This document shows, piece by piece, positions 18,106-27,683 of a stretch of DNA of 33,801 bases. Numbering within the stretch: position 1 is the stretch's first letter; each line of letters begins with the position of its first letter. Position numbers and translations under genes: made by a program. Source of the DNA: an uncultured Sulfurospirillum sp. (lineage in GTDB: Bacteria; Campylobacterota; Campylobacteria; Campylobacterales; Sulfurospirillaceae); assembly GCA_964537565.1 (NCBI GenBank), contig CAZIAJ010000001.1, positions 1 through 33,801 on the forward strand. Reading direction: 5' to 3'. The notes under the pieces are model-generated. The model was given only the letters and a program-made list of their open reading frames with translations, did not search any database and was not told the DNA's origin.

Positions 18106-20685
18106 GTGAGTAACAAAGAAGAGGTTGGGCTCTCTACCCAAGAGGTACTCGAAGCAGAAACAGGAGGTCGTGCACCTTCAAACAAATACTTAGCGAATTT
18201 TATAATCTATTTAGCTTTGGTTTGGTCACTGTTCCAATTGTACATTTCATCACCACTGGTTTTAGAATTTACCCCGTGGATGAATGAAGATGTTGTAAAA
18301 AGAATACACTTGATGTTTGCTGGATTTTTAGCATATTTAAGTTATCTGCCACGTAAATCTTCCCCTAAAAGTTATGTGCCTGCTACTGATTGGCTTATGG
18401 CTTTTCTACTTTTAGCATCTATAGGGTATATGATATATTCTCAAGTATGGGATTCGTTAGCATTTGAGATGAGATTGGGAACTCCAAATCAACTAGATCT
18501 TTATCTTAGTGTTATTGGGCTTGTACTTTTACTTGAAGCTACAAGAAGAACACTAGGACCACCGCTTATGGTGGTTGCATCTTTAGCTCTAACTTATGCT
18601 TATTTTGGTCTAGGCGATTATGGTGGGGCTTCTATAAACAAGATAGTATCTCATATGTGGATTACTACTGAGGGTGCATTTGGTGTTGCTATTGGTGTGA
18701 GTGCTAGTATGGTTTTCTTATTTGTTCTTTTTGGCTCACTCTTAGAGCAAGCAGGAGCAGGTAACTACTTTATACGTATTGCCTTTGCTTTGATGGGACA
18801 CTTTAGAGGTGGTCCTGCAAAAGCAGCAGTTGTAAGTTCAGCTATGACAGGTATGATTTCAGGCTCATCTATTGCAAATGTTGTTACAACAGGAACATTT
18901 ACAATACCTCTTATGAAAAAAGTTGGTTTTTCAAAAGAGAAAGCAGGAGCAATTGAGTGTGCTTCTTCAGTAAACGGTCAACTTACACCTCCTATCATGG
19001 GAGCAGCAGCTTTCTTGATGGTTGAATATGTTGGTATCCCTTTTGTTGAGATTATTAAACATGCATTTTTACCAGCAGCTATTGCTTATATAGCTCTTGT
19101 TTACATGGTTCATTTAGAAGCTTGTAAAGCAGGTATGCAAGGGCTTCCAAGAAAACATAAGATGACAGGAAAAGCTAAGATGATTGGCGTAGTAAGTGTT
19201 GTTTTAGTTCTTAGTTTTTTAACTTGGGTTTTACCTCCTATTATAGGATTCATAAAACAAAACTCTGGAGATAATGCTTTTAGTGTCATTGTAGCAATTT
19301 TGGCTATTATGTATGTTGCTCTTCTTTATGTTGCATCTAAAGTTCCAGATTTAGGCACAGAAGAGATAGAAGAACTTCCAGAAGTTGGACCAACTGCAAG
19401 GGCTGGTTTACACTATATACTTCCAGTTATTGTTTTAGTTTGGCTACTTACTGTAGAGAGATACTCTCCAGAGCTTTCAGCATACTGGGCTTCAATGTTT
19501 ATGATGTTTATTGTTATAACGCAAAAACCTTTAATGGACTTTTTTAGAAAGAAATCTGATATTTTTGCTCGTGTTAAAGATGGTTTTAAAGACTTAGAAC
19601 AAGGTTTGATAAACGGTGCAAAAAATATGATTGGTATTGGTGTCGCTACGGCAGTTGCTGGTATCATTGTTGGAACTGTAACGTTGACAGGGATAGGTCA
19701 GGTTATTATAAGTGTTGTTGAAGACGTGAGTGGAGGAAATATTTTTATTATTCTTATACTCACAGCTGTTATTAGTCTAATTCTTGGTATGGGTCTTCCT
19801 ACCACTGCAAACTATATTGTTGTTTCATCTTTGATGGCACCTGTTATAGTTAGTCTTGGAGCTGCAAATGGAATTGCAATTCCACTAATCGCTGCACATA
19901 TGTTTGTGTTCTACTTTGGTATCTTAGCCGATGATACACCACCTGTTGGACTAGCCGCCTTCGCTGCTGCCGCCATATCTGGTGGTGATCCAATAAAAAC
20001 TGGTATACAAGGTTTTATTTACGATATTCGTACAGGACTATTACCATTTATGTTTATATTCAACACTCAACTTCTTATGATTGGTGTTGATAATACTTTT
20101 GAGTTTATCATGGTTGTTGTAACTGCGATAGCAGGAATGCTTCTTTTTGCAGCTGCAACACAAGGTTATTGGCTAGCTAGAAATAAATGGTGGGAGACAA
20201 TTTTACTTCTATTATTTACATTCTTATTATTTAGACCAGGATTTATATATGATAAAATTCAAGAGCCATATAAAAATATCCCTGGAAAAGAGATTTTTAA
20301 AGTTGCTGATAAGATGAAGGCTGGTGATAGACTAGAGTTTGTTGTTTCTGGAGAGACTATAGATGGAATACAAAGAAAGTATACTTTTGCACTACCTCTT
20401 GCTGAAGGAAAAACTGGTAAAGCTAAAATCAATGAAACAGGTTTTCAGCTAGACGATATGTTTGGACCTATGGAAGTTGCTATGATGCTTCCAGGACATA
20501 ATAAGCAGGTAGCTGCAATGAAACAAGCTGGAGTTGATAGCGGATGGGTAATAGATTCTGTTCGTGTACCAAATGAAAGACTTCCTAAGCAGATAATTCT
20601 AATACCGGTGTTTATAATTATATTTTTACTTGGTTGGAATCAAACAAAAAGAAGAAAAAGAATGGAGCTTGCAGAAGCAAAATAG
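18106..20685 (+). CDS. TRAP transporter fused 4TM/12TM permease (TAXI-associated) with DUF3394-like C-terminus (GTG start)
   Basis: GGPAKAAVV, SGSSIANVVTTGTFTIP, GQLTPPIMGAAAF, ILGMGLPTTANY, ADDTPPVGLA motifs; many TM helices. Confidence 0.95.
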   Translation: MSNKEEVGLSTQEVLEAETGGRAPSNKYLANFIIYLALVWSLFQLYISSPLVLEFTPWMNEDVVKRIHLMFAGFLAYLSYLPRKSSPKSYVPATDWLMAFLLLASIGYMIYSQVWDSLAFEMRLGTPNQLDLYLSVIGLVLLLEATRRTLGPPLMVVASLALTYAYFGLGDYGGASINKIVSHMWITTEGAFGVAIGVSASMVFLFVLFGSLLEQAGAGNYFIRIAFALMGHFRGGPAKAAVVSSAMTGMISGSSIANVVTTGTFTIPLMKKVGFSKEKAGAIECASSVNGQLTPPIMGAAAFLMVEYVGIPFVEIIKHAFLPAAIAYIALVYMVHLEACKAGMQGLPRKHKMTGKAKMIGVVSVVLVLSFLTWVLPPIIGFIKQNSGDNAFSVIVAILAIMYVALLYVASKVPDLGTEEIEELPEVGPTARAGLHYILPVIVLVWLLTVERYSPELSAYWASMFMMFIVITQKPLMDFFRKKSDIFARVKDGFKDLEQGLINGAKNMIGIGVATAVAGIIVGTVTLTGIGQVIISVVEDVSGGNIFIILILTAVISLILGMGLPTTANYIVVSSLMAPVIVSLGAANGIAIPLIAAHMFVFYFGILADDTPPVGLAAFAAAAISGGDPIKTGIQGFIYDIRTGLLPFMFIFNTQLLMIGVDNTFEFIMVVVTAIAGMLLFAAATQGYWLARNKWWETILLLLFTFLLFRPGFIYDKIQEPYKNIPGKEIFKVADKMKAGDRLEFVVSGETIDGIQRKYTFALPLAEGKTGKAKINETGFQLDDMFGPMEVAMMLPGHNKQVAAMKQAGVDSGWVIDSVRVPNERLPKQIILIPVFIIIFLLGWNQTKRRKRMELAEAK

Positions 20686-20690
20686 ATAAA

Positions 20691-20716
20691 AGTTTCTCCC
20701 CACTTGGGGAGAAACT
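20691..20716. terminator. Rho-independent terminator-like hairpin after the TRAP permease
   Basis: Perfect inverted repeat AGTTTCTCCCC / GGGGAGAAACT with ACTT loop, 5 nt after the stop codon. Confidence 0.8.
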
Positions 20717-20756
20717 AACTTACATTAGTTTAAAAAATTATATTACATAATTCGAG

Positions 20757-20779
20757 TTTAAGTCCTTTTTTAGTATAAT
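20757..20779 (+). promoter_or_regulatory. Sigma70 promoter of the prs-lepA-comF operon
   Basis: TTTAAG (20757-20762), T-tract, then TATAAT (20774-20779), the usual Campylobacterota promoter layout. Confidence 0.65.
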
Positions 20780-20809
20780 CCGCCTAATTAACTACTATAG
20801 GGGTCAAAT

Positions 20810-21739
20810 ATGAGAGGCTATAAAGTCTTTACGGGTACTGCCAATCCAGAGTTTTCAAAAAAAGTTGCAAAATATCTTTCACTTCCACTTTCAGAAGCTA
20901 CAATAAAGCGTTTTAGTGATGGGGAAATTAGTGTTCAAATCAGCGAAAGTGTAAGAGGAAAAGATGTATTTATTATTCAGCCTACATGTGCTCCTGCAAA
21001 TGTAAATCTTATGGAGCTTCTTATACTTACAGATGCCCTAAGACGTAGTTCAGCTAGTTCTATTACTGCAATAGTACCTTACTTTGGTTATGCTAGACAA
21101 GATAGAAAAGCAGCACCAAGAGTTCCAATCACAGCAAAACTAGTAGCAAATATGATGGAAACAGCTGGGATTGACAGAGTTGTAACTATTGATCTTCATG
21201 CTGGGCAAATTCAAGGTTTTTTCGATATACCAGTTGATAACTTATATGGCTCAATCATCTTTCATGATTATATTAAAAACAAAGGTCTTAAAAATCCTAT
21301 TATTGCTAGTCCAGATATTGGTGGTGTTGCTAGGGCAAGAAGCTTTGCAAAAAAGCTTGGAGTTGAGATGGTTATTGTTGATAAAAGAAGAGAAAAAGCA
21401 AACGAATCAGAAGTTATGAATATTATTGGTGATGTAGATGGTAAAGATGTTATTTTGGTTGATGATATGATTGACACGGCTGGAACTATTGTAAAAGCTG
21501 CAAAGGTTTTAAAAGCAAGAGGAGCAACAAGTGTTATGGCATGTTGTACTCATCCAGTTCTTAGTGGCCCTGCTTATGAGAGAATTAAAGAAGGGGAACT
21601 AGATGAGCTTTTAGTTTCTGATTCTATTCCTTTGACTCAAGAGTGTGATAAGATAAAAGTTCTAAGTATCGCTTCAACATTTGCAGAAGTGATTAGAAGA
21701 GTTTATCACAATGAGAGCGTAAATGGATTATTTATTTAA
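20810..21739 (+). CDS. prs: Ribose-phosphate pyrophosphokinase
   Basis: [46 protein letters not shown]. Confidence 0.98.
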   Translation: MRGYKVFTGTANPEFSKKVAKYLSLPLSEATIKRFSDGEISVQISESVRGKDVFIIQPTCAPANVNLMELLILTDALRRSSASSITAIVPYFGYARQDRKAAPRVPITAKLVANMMETAGIDRVVTIDLHAGQIQGFFDIPVDNLYGSIIFHDYIKNKGLKNPIIASPDIGGVARARSFAKKLGVEMVIVDKRREKANESEVMNIIGDVDGKDVILVDDMIDTAGTIVKAAKVLKARGATSVMACCTHPVLSGPAYERIKEGELDELLVSDSIPLTQECDKIKVLSIASTFAEVIRRVYHNESVNGLFI

Positions 21740-23535
21740 TGGCTCAAAGTAGAATTAGAAACTTTTCAATAATTGCTCATATCGATCACGGTAAAAGTAC
21801 TTTAGCAGATAGACTTATTCAAGAGTGTGGTGCTGTTTCTGAGCGAGAGATGGGTGCACAGATGATGGACACTATGGACATCGAAAAAGAGCGTGGTATT
21901 ACCATAAAAGCACAAAGTGTAAGACTTACTTATGTAAAAGATGGACAGCCTTATATACTAAATCTTATAGACACTCCAGGACACGTAGATTTTTCTTATG
22001 AAGTATCTCGTTCACTTGCTTCAAGTGATGGAGCACTGTTGATTGTTGACTCTTCTCAAGGGGTTGAAGCTCAAACTATTGCCAATGTATATATAGCGTT
22101 GGAAAATGATTTAGTATTAATACCTGTTTTAAATAAGATAGATCTTCCTGCTGCTGATCCTGATCGTGTAAAAGATGAGATAGAGCATACTATAGGACTT
22201 GATTGTAGCGAAGCAATAAATGTTAGTGCAAAAAGTGGAATTGGCATAAAAGAACTTTTAGATAATATTGTTGATACTATTCCAGCTCCAAAGGGTGACG
22301 AAGAGGCTCCTACAAAAGCAATTATTTATGATAGCTGGTTTGATAACTATCTTGGAGCATTGGCTCTTGTAAGAGTTTATGATGGTGAGATAAAAAAAGG
22401 TCAAGAGATTTATGTTATGGGAACTAAGAAAAAGCATGAAGTTTTAAATCTTATGTATCCTCATCCTCTTGCACTTGAAAAAACAAAAGTAATAAAAACT
22501 GGTGAAGTTGGTATTGTAGTTCTTGGGTTGAAAAATATAGGTGATGTTCAAGTAGGTGATACAATTACTGACAATAAAAACAAAACTCCAAAGGCAATAG
22601 ATGGTTTTGAAGAGATCAAGTCTTTTGTATTTGCTGGTATATATCCAATAGAAACAGATAAATTTGAAGATTTACGTGATGCATTAGATAAACTAAAACT
22701 AAATGATGCAAGTATAAGCTATGAGCCTGAAACATCAGTTGCTCTTGGTTTTGGTTTTCGTGTAGGATTTTTAGGGCTTCTTCATATGGAGGTTGTGAAA
22801 GAGAGATTGGAAAGAGAGTTTAATCTTGATTTGATTGCAACTGCTCCAACTGTAACTTATAGAGTTGAGCGTACTGACGGAAAAGTGATTGAAATACAAA
22901 ATCCTTCTCAACTGCCACCCGTAAATAAAATAGAAAATATACAAGAGCCTTATGTAAGAGCAACAATCCTTACTCCAACCGAGTTTTTAGGAAATATAAT
23001 AACACTGCTTAACAACAAAAGAGGGATTCAAGAAAAGATGGATTACTTGAGCCCTGAAAGAGTCCTTTTAGAGTATGCACTTCCAATGAATGAAATTGTA
23101 ATGGATTTTTATGATAAGTTGAAGTCTGTTAGTAAAGGTTATGCAAGTTTTGATTATGATCAGATTGGTTACCGTGAGGGTGATTTGGTAAAACTTGATG
23201 TTTTAGTTGCAGGTGAGGTTGTAGATGCTCTTTCAATTATTGTTCCAAAAGTGAATGCAACAAGTCGTGGACGTGACTTTGTGAAAGCTATGAAAGAGAT
23301 AGTACCACGTCAACTTTTTGAAGTGGCTATTCAAGCTAGTATAGGAAATAAAGTTATAGCTCGTGAGACTGTAAAATCTATGGGTAAAAATGTTACTGCT
23401 AAGTGTTATGGTGGGGATATAACAAGAAAAAGAAAACTATTAGAAAAACAGAAAGCTGGTAAAAAGAGAATGAAGTCTATAGGAAGAGTTCAACTTCCTC
23501 AAGAGGCATTCTTGACAGTACTGAAACTAGATTAA
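21739..23535 (+). CDS. lepA: Elongation factor 4 (LepA)
   Basis: [57 protein letters not shown]. Confidence 0.99.
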   Translation: MAQSRIRNFSIIAHIDHGKSTLADRLIQECGAVSEREMGAQMMDTMDIEKERGITIKAQSVRLTYVKDGQPYILNLIDTPGHVDFSYEVSRSLASSDGALLIVDSSQGVEAQTIANVYIALENDLVLIPVLNKIDLPAADPDRVKDEIEHTIGLDCSEAINVSAKSGIGIKELLDNIVDTIPAPKGDEEAPTKAIIYDSWFDNYLGALALVRVYDGEIKKGQEIYVMGTKKKHEVLNLMYPHPLALEKTKVIKTGEVGIVVLGLKNIGDVQVGDTITDNKNKTPKAIDGFEEIKSFVFAGIYPIETDKFEDLRDALDKLKLNDASISYEPETSVALGFGFRVGFLGLLHMEVVKERLEREFNLDLIATAPTVTYRVERTDGKVIEIQNPSQLPPVNKIENIQEPYVRATILTPTEFLGNIITLLNNKRGIQEKMDYLSPERVLLEYALPMNEIVMDFYDKLKSVSKGYASFDYDQIGYREGDLVKLDVLVAGEVVDALSIIVPKVNATSRGRDFVKAMKEIVPRQLFEVAIQASIGNKVIARETVKSMGKNVTAKCYGGDITRKRKLLEKQKAGKKRMKSIGRVQLPQEAFLTVLKLD

Positions 23536-23537
23536 TT

Positions 23538-24104
23538 ATGCGTTGTCAACTCTGTTTGAATCTTAGTTGGCAACCACTTTGTAAAAACTGTTTAAATACA
23601 ATACTAATCCCTACTCCAAATAAAAGAGTACTAGAAGATGATTTGGTTGTATATACAGTTTATAGCTATAAAGAGATAAAAAATTTACTTCACACAAAAC
23701 ACACCTATCATGGAGCAAAAATCTTTGCTCAACTTACAAAACATGCACTTTTACCACTAGTAAAAACCTTTACATGTAAAGATATTTTTGCGCTCCCCAT
23801 AGATGACCATACAAGAAGTGGTTATTCTCATTCAGCTATCATAGCACATGAACTGCGAGAAATTATAAAACCACTTTATAGTTCACTAAGAGCAAAAAAT
23901 AGTATTAGATATAGTGGTCAAAAGTTATCTGTAAGAGAAAAAGAAAAGAGAGATTTTACTCTTACATGTAAAGAAGATATAGATGTAGTTTTATTAGATG
24001 ATATAGTAACTTCAGGAGCCACTTTGAAAGAGGCAAATACTACATGTAAAGCTAAAAATATAAATGTAGCATTTGCAATAACACTATCAGATGCTAGTTT
24101 ATAG
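23538..24104 (+). CDS. ComF/CtsW-family phosphoribosyltransferase-like competence protein
   Basis: N-terminal CxxC...CxxC zinc ribbon and LLDDIVTSGATL PRT motif. Confidence 0.88.
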   Translation: MRCQLCLNLSWQPLCKNCLNTILIPTPNKRVLEDDLVVYTVYSYKEIKNLLHTKHTYHGAKIFAQLTKHALLPLVKTFTCKDIFALPIDDHTRSGYSHSAIIAHELREIIKPLYSSLRAKNSIRYSGQKLSVREKEKRDFTLTCKEDIDVVLLDDIVTSGATLKEANTTCKAKNINVAFAITLSDASL

Positions 24105-24114
24105 TTGAGGTTTC

Positions 24115-24218
24115 TCTTAAGGAACAAAACGTTCTTTTAAAAGGATTTTAAATAAATACCCAACACTATGTTCAAATATCTATCATATTCCTTTTAAAAG
24201 CACGTTTTATTTTTAAGA
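24115..24218. repeat. Long imperfect inverted repeat / hairpin
   Basis: AAAACGTTCTTTTAAAAGGA (24126-24145) vs TCCTTTTAAAAGCACGTTTT (24189-24208), 19/20 complementary; outer TCTTAA/TTAAGA. Confidence 0.8.
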
Positions 24219-24304
24219 TTAAATGTTTATTTCTTCAAAAACAGCCAAAAATATTACAAAATGAAATATTTCTGACAAATCAATAACATTTTTTATGATA
24301 GTTA

Positions 24305-24416
24305 ATTGTCAAATGCAGAGCTAAACCAGGAGTCACACATTAAGTTTAATCCAAGAAAAACCTATCGGTATTTTTTTAAATTAAACTTAATGGTACTCAG
24401 CGCGACCGGTAGACAA
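24305..24416 (+). ncRNA. Candidate structured non-coding RNA, family not recognised
   Basis: Upstream CTGACA-N16-TATGAT promoter-like sequence; nested stems TTGTC/GACAA, ACC/GGT, GAGT/ACTC and a perfect 13-bp CATTAAGTTTAAT/ATTAAACTTAATG. Confidence 0.5.
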
Positions 24417-24489
24417 GAAAAGGAAAAAGCAACCTATTTTTTAAAATTCAATACTCAAGACTTCTTCTATCATGTTATATGATTTTGAT

Positions 24490-24960
24490 TTATAGCTTCA
24501 ACAATATTTTTTCAAAATCTTCTGCAATCTCTTTACTAGCTTTGTTTATATCAGTAGTAGTGACATCAATCCAATGGATAAACATCCTATCATCTTGTAC
24601 ATCCATAGTAATAGTCCCTGGTGTTAAGGTTATGCTATTTGCAAGAATTAGTTTTTTATAATCTTCTTTCAAATTTGTTTTTATCTCAACAATTCCTGGG
24701 TTTATAGGAAGTTTAGGGTCTATTACTCTTTTTGCAACATCAAGATTTGAAAGAATTAGATTTTTTAGAAAAATAACGAGATATTGTAAGTATACAATAG
24801 GTCTAAATCTAAACTTATCTATACTTTTGAAGTTAATAGTATATATATATGCTATTGTAAAAGATACAACAAAACCTACTATAAGCTCTTGATTTGAGTA
24901 ACTAAGAGTTAATGCTATCCATATTATAAATAAAAATAGTGTCCAAAAAATTAGTCTCAT
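24490..24960 (-). CDS. MrpE/MnhE-type subunit (MbsA equivalent)
   Basis: SNLDVA, INPGIV, LANSITLTPGTIT and IHWID motifs. Confidence 0.93.
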   Translation of the reverse strand: MRLIFWTLFLFIIWIALTLSYSNQELIVGFVVSFTIAYIYTINFKSIDKFRFRPIVYLQYLVIFLKNLILSNLDVAKRVIDPKLPINPGIVEIKTNLKEDYKKLILANSITLTPGTITMDVQDDRMFIHWIDVTTTDINKASKEIAEDFEKILLKL

Positions 24961-25355
24961 TATATCTCCTTTTTATTTTTAGGCATATAAAGAAAATTAT
25001 CGCCACTTCTGTCAGCATGAATACAATCTTTCTCTAGCTTTAATGAATCAGGAGGACATACATCAGTACATAAAGAGCACCAACAACATCTTCCATAATC
25101 AATCCTAGGTATGCAACCACTAGAGTTTTTTGGATTATGTTCATTTTCATCTTTAATCATATCAATAGCATCATTCATGCATACATCTTGACAGTTTGCA
25201 CAACCTACACATGTATCTAAGTTATTTATATGAAAGCCACGATATCCATGAGGAAACTCTCTTTTTGTTTCAGGATAAGTTATTGTTTTTGGATGTTTAA
25301 ATAGAGTTCCAATTGCACTAAGTGGTGATAAAATACCTTTTACATCTATAGCCAT
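24960..25355 (-). CDS. NuoI-like 2x[4Fe-4S] subunit (MbsN equivalent)
   Basis: TITYP...YRGFH, CVGCANCQDVC and IDYGRCCWCSLCTDVCP. Confidence 0.92.
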   Translation of the reverse strand: MAIDVKGILSPLSAIGTLFKHPKTITYPETKREFPHGYRGFHINNLDTCVGCANCQDVCMNDAIDMIKDENEHNPKNSSGCIPRIDYGRCCWCSLCTDVCPPDSLKLEKDCIHADRSGDNFLYMPKNKKEI

Positions 25356-25364
25356 ATCTTCTCC

Positions 25365-26477
25365 TTATCTCTCTATTTCTGGTGGGCAGATACCCAAAGA
25401 GTTCATAATCATAGCAACATCAGCTAGTTCTGCACCTACAAGCATGTTTTCCAATAGTGTATAAGCATGTATCAATGAAGGACCTTTAACTTGCATTCTT
25501 CTTATTTTTTCACTTCCATCACCTGCCATATAATAGCTCATAGCACCTCTCGCACTCTCTGTTTGGATATAAACATCATCTTTAGGAAGTTTGAATTTTC
25601 TATGTTTTGGTATTTTTTGAAGTATATCTCCATCGCTAGGCATTTGTTTTATAATTTGTCTTAGTATTCTAATAGATTGAAAGATTTCATCTCTTCTAAC
25701 CATAGCTCTTGCATAAACATCTCCTTCTTCTCTTGTAGGTATATCAAACTCAAGTTTATCATACATAAGATAAGGCATATCTTTTCTAACATCTCGTTCT
25801 ATACCACAAGCTCTTAGAGTTTGTCCAACATAGCCATTTTTTAGAGCTTCTTCCTTTTTTACAATACCAACGCCAATAGCTCTTGCTTTGAAAGTTATGT
25901 TATCAAAAAATGTATTATCATAAACTTTCATTCTCTCTTCATAGTAATCTAAAAGTTTTGATAATCTATCTAAAAAACCTTCTGGTAAATCTCTTCTAAC
26001 TCCACCAGGAAAAGCGTACATATGATAAACTCTACCACCAGTTAATTCTTCAAATAGATCAAGCATGTAATCTCTATCACAAACTGACCATTGAGGGATA
26101 AGACCAAGTCCGATTGATCCAGCTTGTCCACCCATCCATAAAAATTGAACAGCGATTCTACTCATCTCTAAAACCATTGTTCTTATGTATTTTGCTTTTT
26201 CACTTATCTCAAGTCCTGCTAGAGTTTCTACTGCTCTTGCATAGTTTTCTTCATTTGGGTCAGGCTCTGGTACACAAATCCTACAAACGATGGTAAATCC
26301 TTGAACAACAGTTCGCCTCTCTATGAGTTTTTCAAAACCACGGTGAAGATAACCAACATGAGTCTGTGCTCTTTGAATTGTTTCCCCTATAAGGTCAAGT
26401 TCTACACTCATATTACCAGTAATCCCTGGGTGTTGAGGACCGTGAAATATTTTAACTATTTTTTTAGTATCACTCAT
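25365..26477 (-). CDS. NuoD-like catalytic subunit (MbsL equivalent)
   Basis: GPQHPG, GYLHRGFEKL, RICVPE and C-terminal CPPEIER; lacks both CxxC NiFe motifs in the hydrogenase register. Confidence 0.88.
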   Translation of the reverse strand: MSDTKKIVKIFHGPQHPGITGNMSVELDLIGETIQRAQTHVGYLHRGFEKLIERRTVVQGFTIVCRICVPEPDPNEENYARAVETLAGLEISEKAKYIRTMVLEMSRIAVQFLWMGGQAGSIGLGLIPQWSVCDRDYMLDLFEELTGGRVYHMYAFPGGVRRDLPEGFLDRLSKLLDYYEERMKVYDNTFFDNITFKARAIGVGIVKKEEALKNGYVGQTLRACGIERDVRKDMPYLMYDKLEFDIPTREEGDVYARAMVRRDEIFQSIRILRQIIKQMPSDGDILQKIPKHRKFKLPKDDVYIQTESARGAMSYYMAGDGSEKIRRMQVKGPSLIHAYTLLENMLVGAELADVAMIMNSLGICPPEIER

Positions 26478-27054
26478 TATTTGGTTCCTCTTTACTCTCT
26501 TTTGCGGCAGCTTCGGCTTCTTCTGCCTTTAATTTTGCAGCTTTTTTTGCCTCTTTTTTCTTTTTCATTTCAACTTTAACATCTAGATTATCATCTCTTT
26601 GATTTTTTCTAAATGGATCCATATCTTCTACATATTTTAGTGTATCAAAATCTCTTCTTAGAGGAGGTATGTCATTCCAATACTCTAAAGCAAAATCAAT
26701 AAGAGTAGGATGACCTGGAAAATCAACACCTAACATTTCATGCATCTCTCTCTCCATAATTTCAGCTTGAGGCCAAATATGATGCATAGTTGGTAGAGTT
26801 GCTTCTTTTCTATCTATAAATGTTTGTACCATAAGAATATGATCTCTTTTAGCTGTTTGCAAACAGTATGTTATACAAAATTTTTCATCTTCTATATCAT
26901 CTCTATAGTTGATAGAATCAAGAGTTATATAATTAAACTCATTTAAACATCTTAAAAGTGAAGACTCCAAATCTTGAAAATCTACATTAATTTTATATAA
27001 ATGCTCATTTTTTTGTTCTATCTCAATAGATAACTTTTTAAGTCTCTCTATCAT
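26470..27054 (-). CDS. NuoC-like subunit (MbsK equivalent)
   Basis: EREMHEMLGVDFPGHP and PPLRRDF; Lys/Glu/Ala-rich tail. Confidence 0.9.
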   Translation of the reverse strand: MIERLKKLSIEIEQKNEHLYKINVDFQDLESSLLRCLNEFNYITLDSINYRDDIEDEKFCITYCLQTAKRDHILMVQTFIDRKEATLPTMHHIWPQAEIMEREMHEMLGVDFPGHPTLIDFALEYWNDIPPLRRDFDTLKYVEDMDPFRKNQRDDNLDVKVEMKKKKEAKKAAKLKAEEAEAAAKESKEEPNNE

Positions 27055-27674
27055 GCAACACCTCCACTATTCATATTGTACCAATCAGTATCATATGATG
27101 GCTCTATATGGCCACCCAATGCTTTGTTTTGCCTTGCTTTATACTGTTCAAGTTCTCTATCGTATTTTTCCCATCCAGCTTCTTCACCATTTTGAATTCG
27201 CTCTTGAAGAAGCATAAATCCTTCTATAACAGCTTCAGGTCTAGGCATGCATCCATTAACACATACATCAATAGGAATAAAATCATCTAGTTTTTTGATG
27301 GTATTGTAAGAGTCCCAATACATTCCGCCATTGATAGGACAGCTACCAAGTGTTATGATATATCTAGGTTTTTGCATCTGTTCATAAGTTCTTATTACTC
27401 TTCTTAGAGTTTTAAATGCTAAATAACCTGATAGTATAATAACATCGGCTTGTCTAGGAGTTGCAACACCTGTTATACCCATTCTCTCTGCATCATATCT
27501 ACTTGTAAATGTTGGAGGCATCTCAATTGCACCACAACCTGTTCCATAAGCTACTACGAAAATACTTTTACTTCTGAACCATTTGATAGCCTCTTCTATA
27601 AGGGATTGAGCACTTTTAGTACCTTTTTCTTCCATACTACATTTAAAGTCATCACCGTGAAAACCGATTTCCAT
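27051..27674 (-). CDS. NuoB-like [4Fe-4S] subunit (MbsJ equivalent)
   Basis: GTGCGAIEMPP, RYDAER, PRQAD, GSCPINGGMYWDSY, GCMPRPEA. Confidence 0.9.
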   Translation of the reverse strand: MEIGFHGDDFKCSMEEKGTKSAQSLIEEAIKWFRSKSIFVVAYGTGCGAIEMPPTFTSRYDAERMGITGVATPRQADVIILSGYLAFKTLRRVIRTYEQMQKPRYIITLGSCPINGGMYWDSYNTIKKLDDFIPIDVCVNGCMPRPEAVIEGFMLLQERIQNGEEAGWEKYDRELEQYKARQNKALGGHIEPSYDTDWYNMNSGGVA

Positions 27675-27683
27675 ATCTCTCTC

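Noticed and set aside
24305-24416. Identifying the RNA as a twister, hairpin, hammerhead or HDV ribozyme, SRP RNA or c-di-GMP riboswitch
   Set aside because: Short look-alike words exist (GCAGAG, ACCAG...GGUA, CAGG...AGC), but the required conserved cores and topology do not fit any of these.
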